The notes: generated by a model from the letters alone, not told the origin. A stretch of 42,763 bases of DNA from Rhizaria sp. SCN 62-66 (GCA_001724265.1 MEDY01000505.1:1-42763), one strand, 5' to 3'; shown: positions 24,708 to 36,218, numbered from the stretch's first letter. Made by a program: numbers and translations.

Positions 24708-27559
24708 ATGAGTCTCCTGCAGCGACAGAACAAACCTCACACCACCACCAACACGAGCAGCACATACAGCATCGTGAACGCGAGTGTCGGCGTGACGAGC
24801 GGCGCTGTTGCTGCCACCGCGTGGGCGCCCGTGGCCATTGGCTCTGTTGTCACTGCCTACAACGCAAGCACTCTCACAGCCGCCACGAACACCGGCGCTG
24901 GTCGCGGCTCCGTCTCAGGGCCTGGCTCAGTCTCTGGGGCCGGCTTTGGCGCTGTGGGCGGCGACACGAATCGTGCTGGCGCGACTGCCTACGGCGCTAG
25001 CGCTGGCTCTGTTGTGTATGATTTCACTGCTAACGACAACGACGACTACTTTGACTCCGCCACAAACAACAACACGCACAGCCGCAGCCACACGCACAGC
25101 TCGAGCTCGAGTGCTAATGGGAGTGCTCACGCGAATGCGAGTGAAGCTGCTGACTACTACAGTATACCGGCGGGCCCAGCTTGGCCCCCCGTGAAGCCAA
25201 AGCAACCCCGTAATAGCAACAGCTTTAGTACTAGTTCTAGCTCGACCTCTGTATTTGATCGCAACAACGGCAATTGGGATACGAACGCTGCTGCTGTTGC
25301 TGCGAGTGCTGCCATGCGTCGGGGCGGGGGCGGGGCGTGGCTTGCCGCAATCGCTTCAAATGACAGCAGCAGCAACAGCAACTATTACAACAACGACGAT
25401 GATGAATATAATGCAAACACAAAGAGTCAAAGCAATCCTAGTAATAGTACCGTCGACTGCTCTGACGACGATAACGACAGCGGCAGCATTAGCTTCTTGC
25501 TTGCAGGTGTGCGGAACAAAAACAATGGTAATAAGACCAGCAACAACACTGCTAGCAAATCCACCGCTAATGCGAAGAACAACCGGAAAGCAGGTGGGGG
25601 CGGCTTCACTTCCTCCTTCATTCGCCGCGGCGATCCCGACTACAACCCGAGCACGAACACGTACGTCAGCAACTTCCCTGCTCTCGCAACGGCTGACGCT
25701 GCGGGCGCGAGCGCTGGTGCTACCCCTGAGGCGACTGAGGCTGTTTGGCAGCCAGCCCCGCCCCCGCTGGCCGCTCTGCTTTCCCTCGCAATAACACCAA
25801 CTGCACCAGCAGCAACGGCTCTCAACCCCAACAGTGCGAGTGCGAGTACGAGTACTGCCAATGCGATGACAGGCAACTCCGCTCTCGCGCGGGCAGCGGC
25901 ACTGGCTCTATCGCGGCTGCACCCAGCTGTGGCCGACCGGTGGCGGCTTAACTTCGAGACGATGTCGCTCGAGACCAACGACAACAACACGACCAACAGC
26001 AGCAACATCTCTAGCAACTCCAGTGCGAGTCATGGTCATGTTGGCGTCGGCGTAGTTGCGAGTGGCCGGCGGCAGGGGCAACTGACGCTGGCAACAGCAG
26101 CAGTGCCAGACATCACAGCAGCTAATTTCAGCACGAATGCACCTGCAACAGCTGCTGCTGCAACTGCTGCTACAACTGTCGCTGCTGCTCTTGCTTTTGC
26201 GTTTGGCTCGGATACATTAGCGATCACTGGCTCTCGCTCTAGCTCCGGCTCCGGCTCTAAAGATAGCAAGATTGGTGACGGTGACGACGGCGACGACGAC
26301 GACTTTGGCTTCGCAGCCTACCAACAGCAGCAGCAGCTGCAGCAGCAGCTGCAGCAGCGCCAGGCCCTCATCGACAGTCTCACCGCGCCCCGCGCCGCCG
26401 CGGAAACCGGAGGGGGCGCCAAAAGCGGAGATGCTGCTAAAAGTGGAGGTATTTCCGCAGGTGCCGGATGGGGCGGCGGCGTGTCGTTGACGGCGGCGGT
26501 GCCGTGGCTGTTGCCGGAGGCGGCCGCGGCGGAAGTCAAGGGCAGCCTCCTGCGCTCGAACAATGATGACGATGACGATGATGATGACAACAAGAATAGC
26601 CGGAAGAGCAACAGTAAAGCCAAATTAGCCAATCGCTCTTTTGGCGCTGCTGCTAGTGGCGTTGGCCGTGGTGGCAGTGATGGCAAAGAGCAAGAGCTGT
26701 GGGAAGTTGCTGAGCTTGACGTTGACGATGACAACGTTGAGATTGATGTCAACGATAACGCGGAGTCTGACGTTAATAGCACGATAAGTGCGAAGGTTAG
26801 GGCGAAGACTGAAACGAAGAGCGCTCACAAACAATCGCGATCACAGGCGCATGCGCATGCGCAGGCGCAGGTGCAGACGCAGAGGCTGAAGCCGACGCCG
26901 CCAGTCACGGCTAACTGCAGCACAAGCGATGATAGCGTGGGTGTCTCACGCATCAGCAGTCGTGCCAGTGCCAGCGCCAGTGCCAGTGCCAGCGCAAACG
27001 CTGGCGTGGGTGTGGGCGGAAGCGGCAGTGTGAGTGGAAGCGGCAGTGTGACGCCGGTGCCTATCAGTCGTACACAGGCTTTGGCTCAAAAAGCACTGAT
27101 TCTAGCGCAACAGCAACAACAAAAGACTCTTGCCAACGCTGACGTCGAAGACACTGCGCGTGAAAACAAGCACTTAGACTCGTTTAAGGGGCACTTAGAC
27201 TCGGCAGCACACTCAGACGAGCCCTTTGACCAGTCTTGGAAGCCCCCATGGGCTGCGAGCAGCAACAGCATTGACGCCACCACTGCCACAGCTGGCACAG
27301 CTGACAGAGGTAGCACAGGTGGCACAGCCAGCAACAGCAGCAAGACGACTAGTGACGCTACTGGTGCCACTGCGGCGCAGCAAGGAGGGGGTGCGAGTGT
27401 ACCTTTGACTGGTGTTGACACCTCACGGCAGCAGCAACCGCAACAGCAGCAGCACTTGTCCTCCAACACAGTGCAATCCCCCTTCAGCGTGAGCACCCTT
27501 GTCGTGGCCCCTAACGGCCGCACCAGCTACTTACATCCCAACGGTAAGTACGTCTTCTT

Positions 27560-27599
<40 letters not shown>

Positions 27600-28503
27600 G
27601 GCTACGGCAACGGTGACAGTGACGACGCTGATGCTGATGCTGAGGGGGATAAGCTTCGCAGCCGACTTGGCGACGTGTTCGATAACTTAAGCCGCCTCCT
27701 TGCCAGCTCCACGACGAACGCTAGCGCCCACAATACCTCCACGAGCACCGCTAATCTGAGTGAAACTGCGAATGACAGTGCGACGAGTGCGAGCGCTAGC
27801 AGCAAGCAGCAGGCAGCCGCCGCGGCCGCCGCCGCCGCGGTCGCCAACGCGACGGCCAGGCACCCTAGCACTCTCACAAGCAGCAACAGCAACAGCAGCA
27901 GCCTTGCCAACAGCAACAGCAACGGCAACATAGCGACAATCACCCGTGCGACCGCGGCCGAGCGCGCCCGCGCCGCAGCCGCCGCGGCCGCGCTGGCCGG
28001 CAGCAACGGCAACGGCAGTTCGACAGGTGCGATGTCGATCTCAGCCAAGGCGGAGGCTCAGAATGCCTTGCTGGCGACGCTGGCGCAGCAGCGGCAGCGG
28101 CTGGCGGCTTCGCTGCAGCAAAAGGCGGCCGCCGCCGAGGCCGCCGCCGCCGCCGGCCGAAGCCGCCGCGGCGCTGCGGCGCGAGGCCGCCGCGGCGTGG
28201 GCTGCGAAGCAGGAGCTGCGGGACAAGGAGGCCGCCGCCGCCGCCGCTGCCGCCGAAGCCGAGGCTGCGGCGGCCGCGGCGGAGGCCGAGGCCGAGGCGG
28301 CGCGGCGCGCGGAGGCGGCCAGGGCGTTTGCGCAGGCCTCTGAGGCGCGGCGGCTTGAGTTCAAGGCCAGGGAGCGGGAGGAGAGGCGCAAGAAAGAGAA
28401 GGAAAACGCGAAGCTTGATGCGCTAATTGAGGCTGACGACGAGAGGCGGCGGAAAGAAAGGGAACAAAGGGCCGCGGCTGCTGCGGCCAAGGGCAAGAAG
28501 TGA
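24708..28503 (+). CDS. Unknown low-complexity protein (~1260 aa) with C-terminal charged coiled coil; apparent frameshift at ~28155
   Basis: Open frame from ATG 24708 (MSLLQRQNK). It is rich in A/S/N/D/Q. After the GCC run at 28140..28154 the natural continuation (AEAAAALRREAAAAWAAKQELRDKE..RRLEFKAREREERRKKEKE..KGKK, TGA 28501..28503) is in the +1 frame. Confidence 0.7.
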
Positions 28504-28863
28504 TCAGCTCGTTGCTCATAAGGCAAACGTTGCGTGTTGGAGCTTTTGGAGAGCACACGTCACATGTGTTATGCAGATCCAGAACGATCACAACGATACC
28601 TAGCACCAGATATACTATCAAAGAATACACTGAACATGCTTATTGGACGATATTCTCAACTACACATTCAGTACATGATCAAATAGCTCAGAATATATAT
28701 CATATTGTCCAAACAGTGATTGATTTCTAAGTCGAACATTGTATTTATCTAAAATAGACTCACACATATGCACACAAGTCGCTCTAGTGAAGGCACTAGC
28801 ACACCTCGTGTGCGTACATAAAGACAAAGAAGCAACATCTCGGCTCCGACTGGCGGCGCGAGA

Positions 28864-28978
28864 CCGCAGCCGCCGCACATCGCGCGCGCGCTTCGCTGCC
28901 CCTCGGTAGAAGTTACCTCGGGTCAGCTGAGCCGTCCGTGTGCACAGACGGCAGCGCGCGCAACTGCGGCGGCAGCGG
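28864..28978 (-). other. Y-shaped structured RNA element in the eIF5A 3'UTR
   Basis: Folded by hand: two stacked long stems closing a three-way junction with two hairpins. G-U pairs work only on the mRNA (minus) strand. Confidence 0.6.
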
Positions 28979-29053
28979 GACTCAACATAAGAGCAGAGAG
29001 CTATCAATCGCGCCCCAGAAAGGGGGCATGGCGATGTGGTAGCGGCAAGTTAC

Positions 29054-29560
29054 TTACTCGACCTTGGCCTCGTTGAAGGACTCGATGAGCTCCTCGTCCT
29101 TGAACTCGTTCTCGCCGATCTCGACGGGGGCACGGATCACGGAGATGTAGATGCCCTTGTCGTCGTCCTTCTTGGACTCGATGCGGGCCTTGTGGGCCGC
29201 GACGGCCTCAGCACCCTTGCAGTTCTCCTTGTCGGGGAAGTAGCGGAAGGTGAGCGAGTCGTTGTCGGCGGTGAGGACCTCGATGGAGTGGGAGGACTCG
29301 TCGACGTCGGTGACGAGGAACTGCTCCTTGTCGAGGGTGAAGGCGACGAGGTTGGCGGACGCGGGGAAGACGTCGTTGACCTTGTTCTCAGTGAGGACGC
29401 AGGTGCCGGTCATGTTGCACTTGGCGTGGCCGTGCTTGCCGGTCTTGGAGGTCTTGATCTCGATGAGCTTGACGGGGCGGTTCTTCATGATGACGAAAGT
29501 ACCCTTCTTGCAATCACCGGCGGTGATGGGGCGGCGAGCAACCTGGCGGACCTCAGACAT
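29054..29560 (-). CDS. EIF5A: Eukaryotic translation factor 5A
   Basis: Hypusination motif TSKTGKHGHAK, preceded by KKGTFVIMKNRPVK. Strong codon bias, stop TAA. A pyrimidine tract plus CAG just upstream suggests a 5'UTR intron. Confidence 0.95.
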   Translation of the reverse strand: MSEVRQVARRPITAGDCKKGTFVIMKNRPVKLIEIKTSKTGKHGHAKCNMTGTCVLTENKVNDVFPASANLVAFTLDKEQFLVTDVDESSHSIEVLTADNDSLTFRYFPDKENCKGAEAVAAHKARIESKKDDDKGIYISVIRAPVEIGENEFKDEELIESFNEAKVE

Positions 29561-30304
29561 GTCGACTTGACTGCGAAAGAGGAAGAGAAAGGCAGATTGA
29601 GAGGCAATGTGGACGGGAAAAGCGTGAGAAAAAGAGGGAAGAGGGAGGAAAATAGATGAAGAGGACTTGCGCTAGCGGCCACAAGACGAGGATGAGGGAG
29701 GGCCTGGACCGAGCTAGGTCGCAGAGCGCAGCAAAGACGACATAAGTGGACAAATCAGACACTACGTGGAGTAACCACAAGATGTGTTCAGCTTCTCACT
29801 GTCGTGTGAACGCCAATCAAAGCGCCAAGAGTGAGTGAATGAAGCCAAGCAGCGGCGCGCAAGTGCCTTCCTCGTTTTGTGGTGGTCCGCAGCAAAAGCT
29901 CAAGATTAAGGCACATGACACGGCGCGAGCGATATCCAAGCAAACGGAGAAAGCACAACCCCCCATTTTGGACCCAGAACGTGCAATATCTGGCCATTAT
30001 CTCTGCATTGCAATCTTTTCTTGTCTTTCTTCTTCGCGTCATCGCCCGGCCGCGGCTGCCTCTGTCAGTCTGGCTGCCGCCGGTGGGTTTAAATTTAAGC
30101 CGCAGAATTTTTGAGAACCGTACATTCTGCCGCTCGGATTTAGAGCTTCCACAAAGCACTTGAATTCTCTTTAAAAATCAAGCTGGACTGAATAATAAAC
30201 AATGTATTCCACTGTAACCGTTATTTCTTCAAGTATCTATCGTAGTATCACTCCGCAATAAAACCAGGAACCAAATGAAATTGTGAGATTACTTCGAATT
30301 GTGA

Positions 30305-31043
30305 TCACATGATGACGCACTCCGGGTCATCTTTGGCGGCCTCTTTCATCAGACTCATGGGGTCCCCGAGCCCCTCGGTGGGGTCCCGCTCCTCCTCCCG
30401 CTCCTTCGCCGCCCGCGACAGCGCCCCGTCGGCGCCGGCCACGCGCCCCATCAGACTCTTGCTGCCGCTGCCACTGCGAGCGCTGTCCCCTGCTGGGGGC
30501 TTCCCCCCGCCCTCGTCCTCATCCTCGCTCTCGCTCTCCTGCTCCTTCCCTGCTGCCGCCATCTCAGCGGCAGCGCTAGACGGCGCGAGCGCGGAGGCGT
30601 CTTCGCGGACTCGCCAGCAGAGCACCCGCACACCTCCACCCGCAGCCACAGCCGCCGCCCACGCTGCATCAGCCTCAACCTTTGCGGCCTCAGCCTCAGC
30701 CTCGTCCTTTGCGGCCTCAGCGTCGTTCGCAGCGGCGGCGCCCTGACCGCGACTGCGAGCGTGAGCGGGGGCGATGATGGCGGCCAGCGGGGGCAGCCCG
30801 GCCTCGGCCGCGTCGGCGTCTGGGTGGCCGGCGCGCCAGAGAGCGGACAGGGCGTCGCGCCAACCGCCGGGAACGTCATTGTCATCGCAAATACCACTAC
30901 CAGTCTTGCGGATACCGCCCTTCTTGGCGTTGTCGCTGCTGCTCTTGCCCTTGCCCTGCGCGGGGACAGGCAGGAGAGCGGCCCGGGGCCGGACGCGGGC
31001 GGCGGCGGTAAGGCTGTCGGGGTACCAGCTCCAGTGCCAGCTC

Positions 31044-31084
<41 letters not shown>

Positions 31085-31588
31085 CTCCTCTCGTTGCTGC
31101 TGCTGCTCTTGCTCAGGAGCAGCCTTGGCAGAGGCAGCGTCGGCACAGGTGCTCTTGCTGTCGTTAGAGCTAGAGCTAGCGATTGGTAAGCTGACAGCAA
31201 TGGCAAAGCCGACAGTGAAATCGTTATCATCCTCGTTGATAGTACTCTCTCTAGCAGTCTCTGCATGGTTTAAGAATGGCGTTGCTGATGCGAATAAAGA
31301 GCGGGCAGCGTCGGCAACCTCAGCACCAGTGCTGCGGGCGTCCAGAACCGTCTCTGCAGCACCCACACATCGCGCACCAGAACAAGAGATCGAAGCGGAG
31401 CCAGCCGAGTCTGAAGCGGACGCAGAGGCCCAGGCTGAGGCGACAGCCTCGCGCCAGCCCGCAAGCGCTACGGCAGGCGCGGCGGGCGGTGGCGGCGCGG
31501 GCAATGGAGCTGCGAGAGCGATATAGTGCGCTGGCAAAGGTCGCGGCGCAGGCGGGGGAGCGAGCAGGGCTGAAGAGAAGCCCAACAT
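30305..31588 (-). CDS. Unknown Ala-rich protein ending in a CaaX motif (CVIM)
   Basis: 427-aa ORF with GC-rich coding-type composition, stop TGA. The ATG directly follows a pyrimidine tract plus TAG, a likely splice acceptor, so an upstream exon is possible. Confidence 0.7.
31048..31083 (+). repeat. (CAG)12 microsatellite, read as poly-Ala (GCT) on the minus strand
   Basis: Directly visible perfect repeat. Confidence 0.95.
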
Positions 31589-31946
31589 CTACGCAAGAGA
31601 AGATATAGAAGGATATAGTGTGATTGATGAGACATAATAGAGTGGGTATATATAAATACTCTTTTGAAGTTCGTTTTTCGTCTGGCAGTCCTATTAACGG
31701 ACATACGGCCCTTCTACATCACAAACGAAACATCGACATCAATAGTTGGCAAACATAAACCTGGCACCAGAAGCATAAAACAAGACGCACTAGCACCAAA
31801 CGAAGTCGTAGAGGTAAAATACCTTTGTATTCAAAAATATCAGACTCAAAAGAATACCAAATAATAAAAACTAGATAACAAGAACTCTGTGACACTAGAG
31901 CAAAGCACAACAGAGAACAAACAGAAGTGTTCTCTTTCTCGCCCGC

Positions 31947-32858
31947 TTAGTGCTCGGCGACGGCGGCGGGGCTCTCCTTACCCTTGAGCGCGCGCACGGT
32001 GAGCTCGTAGCCGGTAAAGCACACGGCGTTGGCGGGCAGCGCACGGAGCATGCAGGGCGAGAAGCCGCGCATGAGGCGCGGGACGCCGCCTTCTGCGTAG
32101 AGCATCTTGATCGTCTTGCCCAGACTCGGGTAGAGACGGTTCTTGACTAGGTTGTCGGCCTGCATGGCCGACTTAACAACGTCAATGGGGTAGACCAGCG
32201 GCCAGTAAGCGAAGCCGCCGATGCCGCCAGCAACCATGAGCTTCCAGGTGGGGAGCGTGCCGTCATCGTACTCGGTCCCCTCGGACAGGTACTGCTTGGT
32301 CATCTCGTAAAAGCCGAAGTACATCGACACGGCGAAGAAGTTGCGCAGCACGGTCGCGGGCAGGCCTTGGAACACGCCGCGTAGTCCGTGGTTAACGACG
32401 ATGTGCTTGACGCAGCCGGGGAAGGTGGTGAAAGCGGGAGACTGCTTGAACACCTGCGTCTGCAGCTGGGTCTTGAACAGGTCCACGGGCGACTCGAGCA
32501 CGGCCACCGCGGCGCCCGTCAGCGCGCCCGCGGCAAAGTAGCCCTGCGTGGACACGCGGCCGCCGTTGTTCTCGCGCTCAGCAATGAAGGACTTGACGGC
32601 GCCCCAGACGCCAAACTGCCAGGCGTTGAGGAACATCTGCCCGACGAGCGGGGAGGCGACGCCCTTGTAGAAGCCGGCCATGCCCTCGGCCGCGCGCGTC
32701 TTGCGGACACAGTCGCCCAGGCCGGAGTACATGGGGTTCTTCGCGTCCTGGGTCTGGAGACGGACCTTGAGCGTGTCGAAGGGGTGGCCGACGAGGACGA
32801 GGCCGACGCCGCCAACGGTGCCGCCGACGATGTCGATGAGCGCGTCCTTGAGAGACAT
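31947..32858 (-). CDS. Mitochondrial carrier (SLC25), carnitine/basic-amino-acid/YMC-like subgroup
   Basis: 303 aa from MSLKDALID, stop TAA. Three Px[DE]xx[KR] signatures (HPFDTLKVRLQ, SPVDLFKTQLQ, YPIDVVKSAMQ), plus GFYKGVASPLVG and PCMLRALPANA. Confidence 0.95.
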   Translation of the reverse strand: MSLKDALIDIVGGTVGGVGLVLVGHPFDTLKVRLQTQDAKNPMYSGLGDCVRKTRAAEGMAGFYKGVASPLVGQMFLNAWQFGVWGAVKSFIAERENNGGRVSTQGYFAAGALTGAAVAVLESPVDLFKTQLQTQVFKQSPAFTTFPGCVKHIVVNHGLRGVFQGLPATVLRNFFAVSMYFGFYEMTKQYLSEGTEYDDGTLPTWKLMVAGGIGGFAYWPLVYPIDVVKSAMQADNLVKNRLYPSLGKTIKMLYAEGGVPRLMRGFSPCMLRALPANAVCFTGYELTVRALKGKESPAAVAEH

Positions 32859-33769
32859 TGCGACTGCTGCGCGGGACCGGGGCGGGGCGGGGCGGGCAAA
32901 ATAGCAAGCGCGGGAAAGTAGTACAAAAAATAAGCCGGGGTTGTCGGGGTGACAGGGTGCGGGGGCAGGGATAAATGAAATAAAATATGGCGAGAAAAGA
33001 ATGTTCCGAGGGGTGTGGCCTGTTTCGTGCTGAGGGGAGCGGAAGCGGGGGATAGACAGTAAAGACAGCCAGCGGAGCAAGTTTCACAAATAGAAGCACT
33101 ATAACACACTTGAAACGTGTGCGAATTCGAAGACAAAAACGCACTGCACGTTGCGTACACGCCGCACCAAAGCCTCCTATCCTGTGCCGCCACTGCCACA
33201 TCCGACTCCAACCGAGGAGCACCCCTCGACGCCACCACTGACGAGAGCGAGCAATGACCGTGAGCGCGCGAAAGCGGATAACAAAACGAGTGCATATCTA
33301 TGAAACTAAAACAAATCGATTTAAAACTGAAATATCACATCTTTTTATACATTTAAAGTGTACTTTGTAGATGAATCACTTCCTGAAAAAAAGGTATTCG
33401 CGAGACATCTCGTCTTTTCATGAAGGATGTCAGCTCGTCGCAACTTGAAAAAAGATACTAATACCGCGATAAACTCGCTAAAATGATGTGTCAACAAAAA
33501 TAAACACAGTTTCATGATTTTAACGTGTATTCATGCCTCTCACCTCAACTTCAACAAATGAGGCTTTAGTTATACTGAGATTGATTGTTTTTATCTGCCC
33601 GATCTGCATCCAACCCTCCACTCAAATAGCACGTCTATCTCCCTCTGTCACACCTTACCAAGCTCACTTGATCAAATATAACCAAACGCAGATAATTGTT
33701 TATGGGCACTTGAGCTTTAAACCGCTGGCATGGTGTGTTGTACGTGATATCTGCCGCAATTCACCGCTC

Positions 33770-34994
33770 TTAGTTCTTGCCCGAAGTCGCCGCCTTGAGG
33801 GGCGTGTTGGGGGTGACGTAGGCAGCGCAGATGCCGCCGTCAACAAGAAAATCCGTGCCCGTAATGAAACTACTCTCAGGAGACGCCAGAAACACCACCG
33901 CGTTGGCCATCTCGCGAGCTTCGCCGAAACTATAGGGGAAAGCAAAAGCACAAGCAAAGCAAAAGTTTGCAACAAAGTTGGGTTAGAGAGTGTCTTCAAG
34001 TTGCTTCGAATATCTTTGGACGTAAAAAAACAATGTCATACAATTAAACCAAGACATATCCCCAACTTTAAGTAACTTGAACAATAAATTTGCACATGAA
34101 AATTTGCAATACAGAAACAATATTTTTCCTAAAGTATCCAGACAGCTATTAATGTGACCGAGAGTCAGATTGCTGCTCGTCACAAATTCCCCAGACGTAC
34201 CGCCCCATGGGCACGTGCACAAGCCGCCGCTGCTTTTTCTCCTCCGTGTCGAGGAAGTCCATGAGCAGCTTCGTGTTGAGCGGGCCCGGGCAGAGAGCGT
34301 TGACCCGGATGCCCTCGCGCGCGTGGACCACGGCCAACTCCCGCGACAGCGCGGAGACGGCGCCCTTGGAGGCCGTGTAGGCCAGCTGGCACGTTGCGGC
34401 GCCCAGCTTGGCCACGAACGAGCTGGTATTGATGACGCTGCCGCCGCCGGCGCGGCGTAGCGCGGGGATGCCGTGCTTACAGCCGAACCACACGCCCTTG
34501 ACGTTGATCGCAAACGTCTTGTCCCAGACGGCCTCGCTGGTGTTGACGGCGTCGTCGTCGTCGCCCAGCATTACGCCCGCGTTGTTGAACAGCACCGTGA
34601 GTCGGCCGAACTCGCGCTCGGCGCTCGCGACCATATGTTCCGCGTCGGCCGACCGCGACACGTCGCCCGGGACGACCACGGCGCGCGTGCCCGCGGCGAG
34701 CACAAGCTGCAGCGTGGCGTCGAGCGCGGCGGCGTTGTTGTCCGAGAGCACGAGCCCGTCGACGCCCTGGGAAGCCATCTGCAGCGCCGTCTCGCGGCCG
34801 ATGCCCGCGCCGGCGCCGGTGATCAGCGCCACTTGCCCCGCCAGACGCGCGCTAGATGCGCTCTTAGTGGCAGCAGCAGCAGCAGCAGCAGCGGTGGCGC
34901 GTGGTGGTTTTGATGTGGAGAAAGCAACGCAAGGCGCGGAAATGGCGACCGGCGTGGAGGCGAAAAGGGGACGAAGAAGGCGGGATCGGAACAT
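33770..34994 (-). CDS. Classical short-chain dehydrogenase/reductase with probable mitochondrial presequence
   Basis: Exons 34994..34201 and 33929..33770, stop TAA. Motifs TGAGAGIG, NNAG, catalytic YTASK, VNALCPG, FITGTDFLVDGG. N-terminus MFRSRLLRPLF. Confidence 0.93.
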
Positions 34995-35742
34995 CTCACA
35001 AAAAGGGAGGGAAACTGTCGTAGTACGGAGAATATATGCGTATTTGAGCAAAAATAAAAAAGGAATCATAGAAAAAGCAACTTGAAAAGTTATTAATGCT
35101 AAGTTTTACTTTCTTTCACGATCTATTCATAGAGATATCAACTCTGTAAAAGCAGCGCATCAAACACATCAAGTCAGGGGTCAGAGTACTTAGTGATAGG
35201 CAGGAGGCAACGTGTGAGCGATAATAAGGGTTATTTGTGTATATGTAGGTGTTCAAACAACGAGAATGTAAGAGATAAGATAGGAACAAGCTTGCGATAA
35301 TAAATTAAAAGAAAAACAAAGCAAGATGTGAAATTGCTCCTCTAGTCTCTAATGAACACCTGGCAGCAGCCCTTACGCTTCTCTCAGTCACTCTCTGTAA
35401 CAGTGACCGGCAGCGACCGGTGACTGAGATATGATAGAGAGAAGTTGGGGCGCCAGCGGGGACGGCGCGGGAAACGGCTCAAACGGAGCGGCGTCCTCCA
35501 CGCACTCAGCCCCGGCCATTGCTGTCAAGTTAGAAACCACACACGAGCGACCTCAGCAACCCACAGCTCACGAACTTAACGCGGCACGATTACCGCAGCG
35601 GCATGTCGCTGTGAGCGCGTTTACTGGTACTAAGGAGATCGTGCGTGTCAGCAGAAACACGACGCGAGAGTAAAGATTGCATCCTACGTCGCGTTGCTGT
35701 TGCAGGCAATTATTGTGATTGCTTGCTAGGACTGCTGCGCAC

Positions 35743-36218
35743 TTAGTGGGGGTAGTGGCCGTGCTTGGCCTTGTACTCCTCCTTGATAATGTCGCGGTTG
35801 AGGTACTCGGAAGCCTGCTTGGCCTCATCTGCACGCAACAGCAGACACAGGAGCGAAAGAAGAAAGAGCGAAAGAAATAAGACGAGACAACAAAAGTGAG
35901 TTAGAGAGAGAAGTTTGAGGGATATATGCGGGCTAAGATCAGAAGAAACGCGGGGTTACGGCAAAGTAAGTGATACAAATGATTGTTTAGTTGGAAAGTA
36001 ATACAGTGGCAGTTGTGTGCTTGTTTGTTTTGAGCCGTACCGGAAGCGCCGACGGAGAGGGACTTGATGATGACGATGCCGGCCATGGAGCTGAGCATGT
36101 AGGGCCAGACACTGGGGTGGCGGGCGAAGCGGTCGAACTTGGTGAACCAGCCAGCCATGTCGGCGGGCTTGTGCTTGATGATCTTGACGATGTCAAGGGA
36201 GTTCGCAATCGAAGACAT
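35743..36218 (-). CDS. Probable mitochondrial ATP synthase subunit i/j (plant 6-kDa / yeast Atp18-like), 87 aa
   Basis: Exons 36218..36041 and 35828..35743, stop TAA. Strong housekeeping codon bias. Single hydrophobic segment WPYMLSSMAGIVIIKSLSVGASDEAKQASEYL resembles the WP[FY]..TM..acidic..K.S.[FY] pattern of that family (recognised from memory, not by search). Confidence 0.65.

Noticed and set aside
28895-28930. SECIS interpretation of the tandem GA/GA hairpin in the eIF5A 3'UTR
   Set aside because: It lacks the AUGA..GA core with correct stem spacing, and eIF5A has no in-frame UGA.
31589-31591. TAG immediately before the ATG of the CVIM gene as a fifth sense TAG
   Set aside because: It is preceded by an AT/pyrimidine-rich tract with no nearby in-frame ATG, so it is better explained as a splice acceptor.
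33195-33285. Hammerhead-like core CTGACGA..GAAA upstream of the carrier gene
   Set aside because: Stem II is mismatched, stem III needs a bulge and stem I cannot pair, so it is a chance match.
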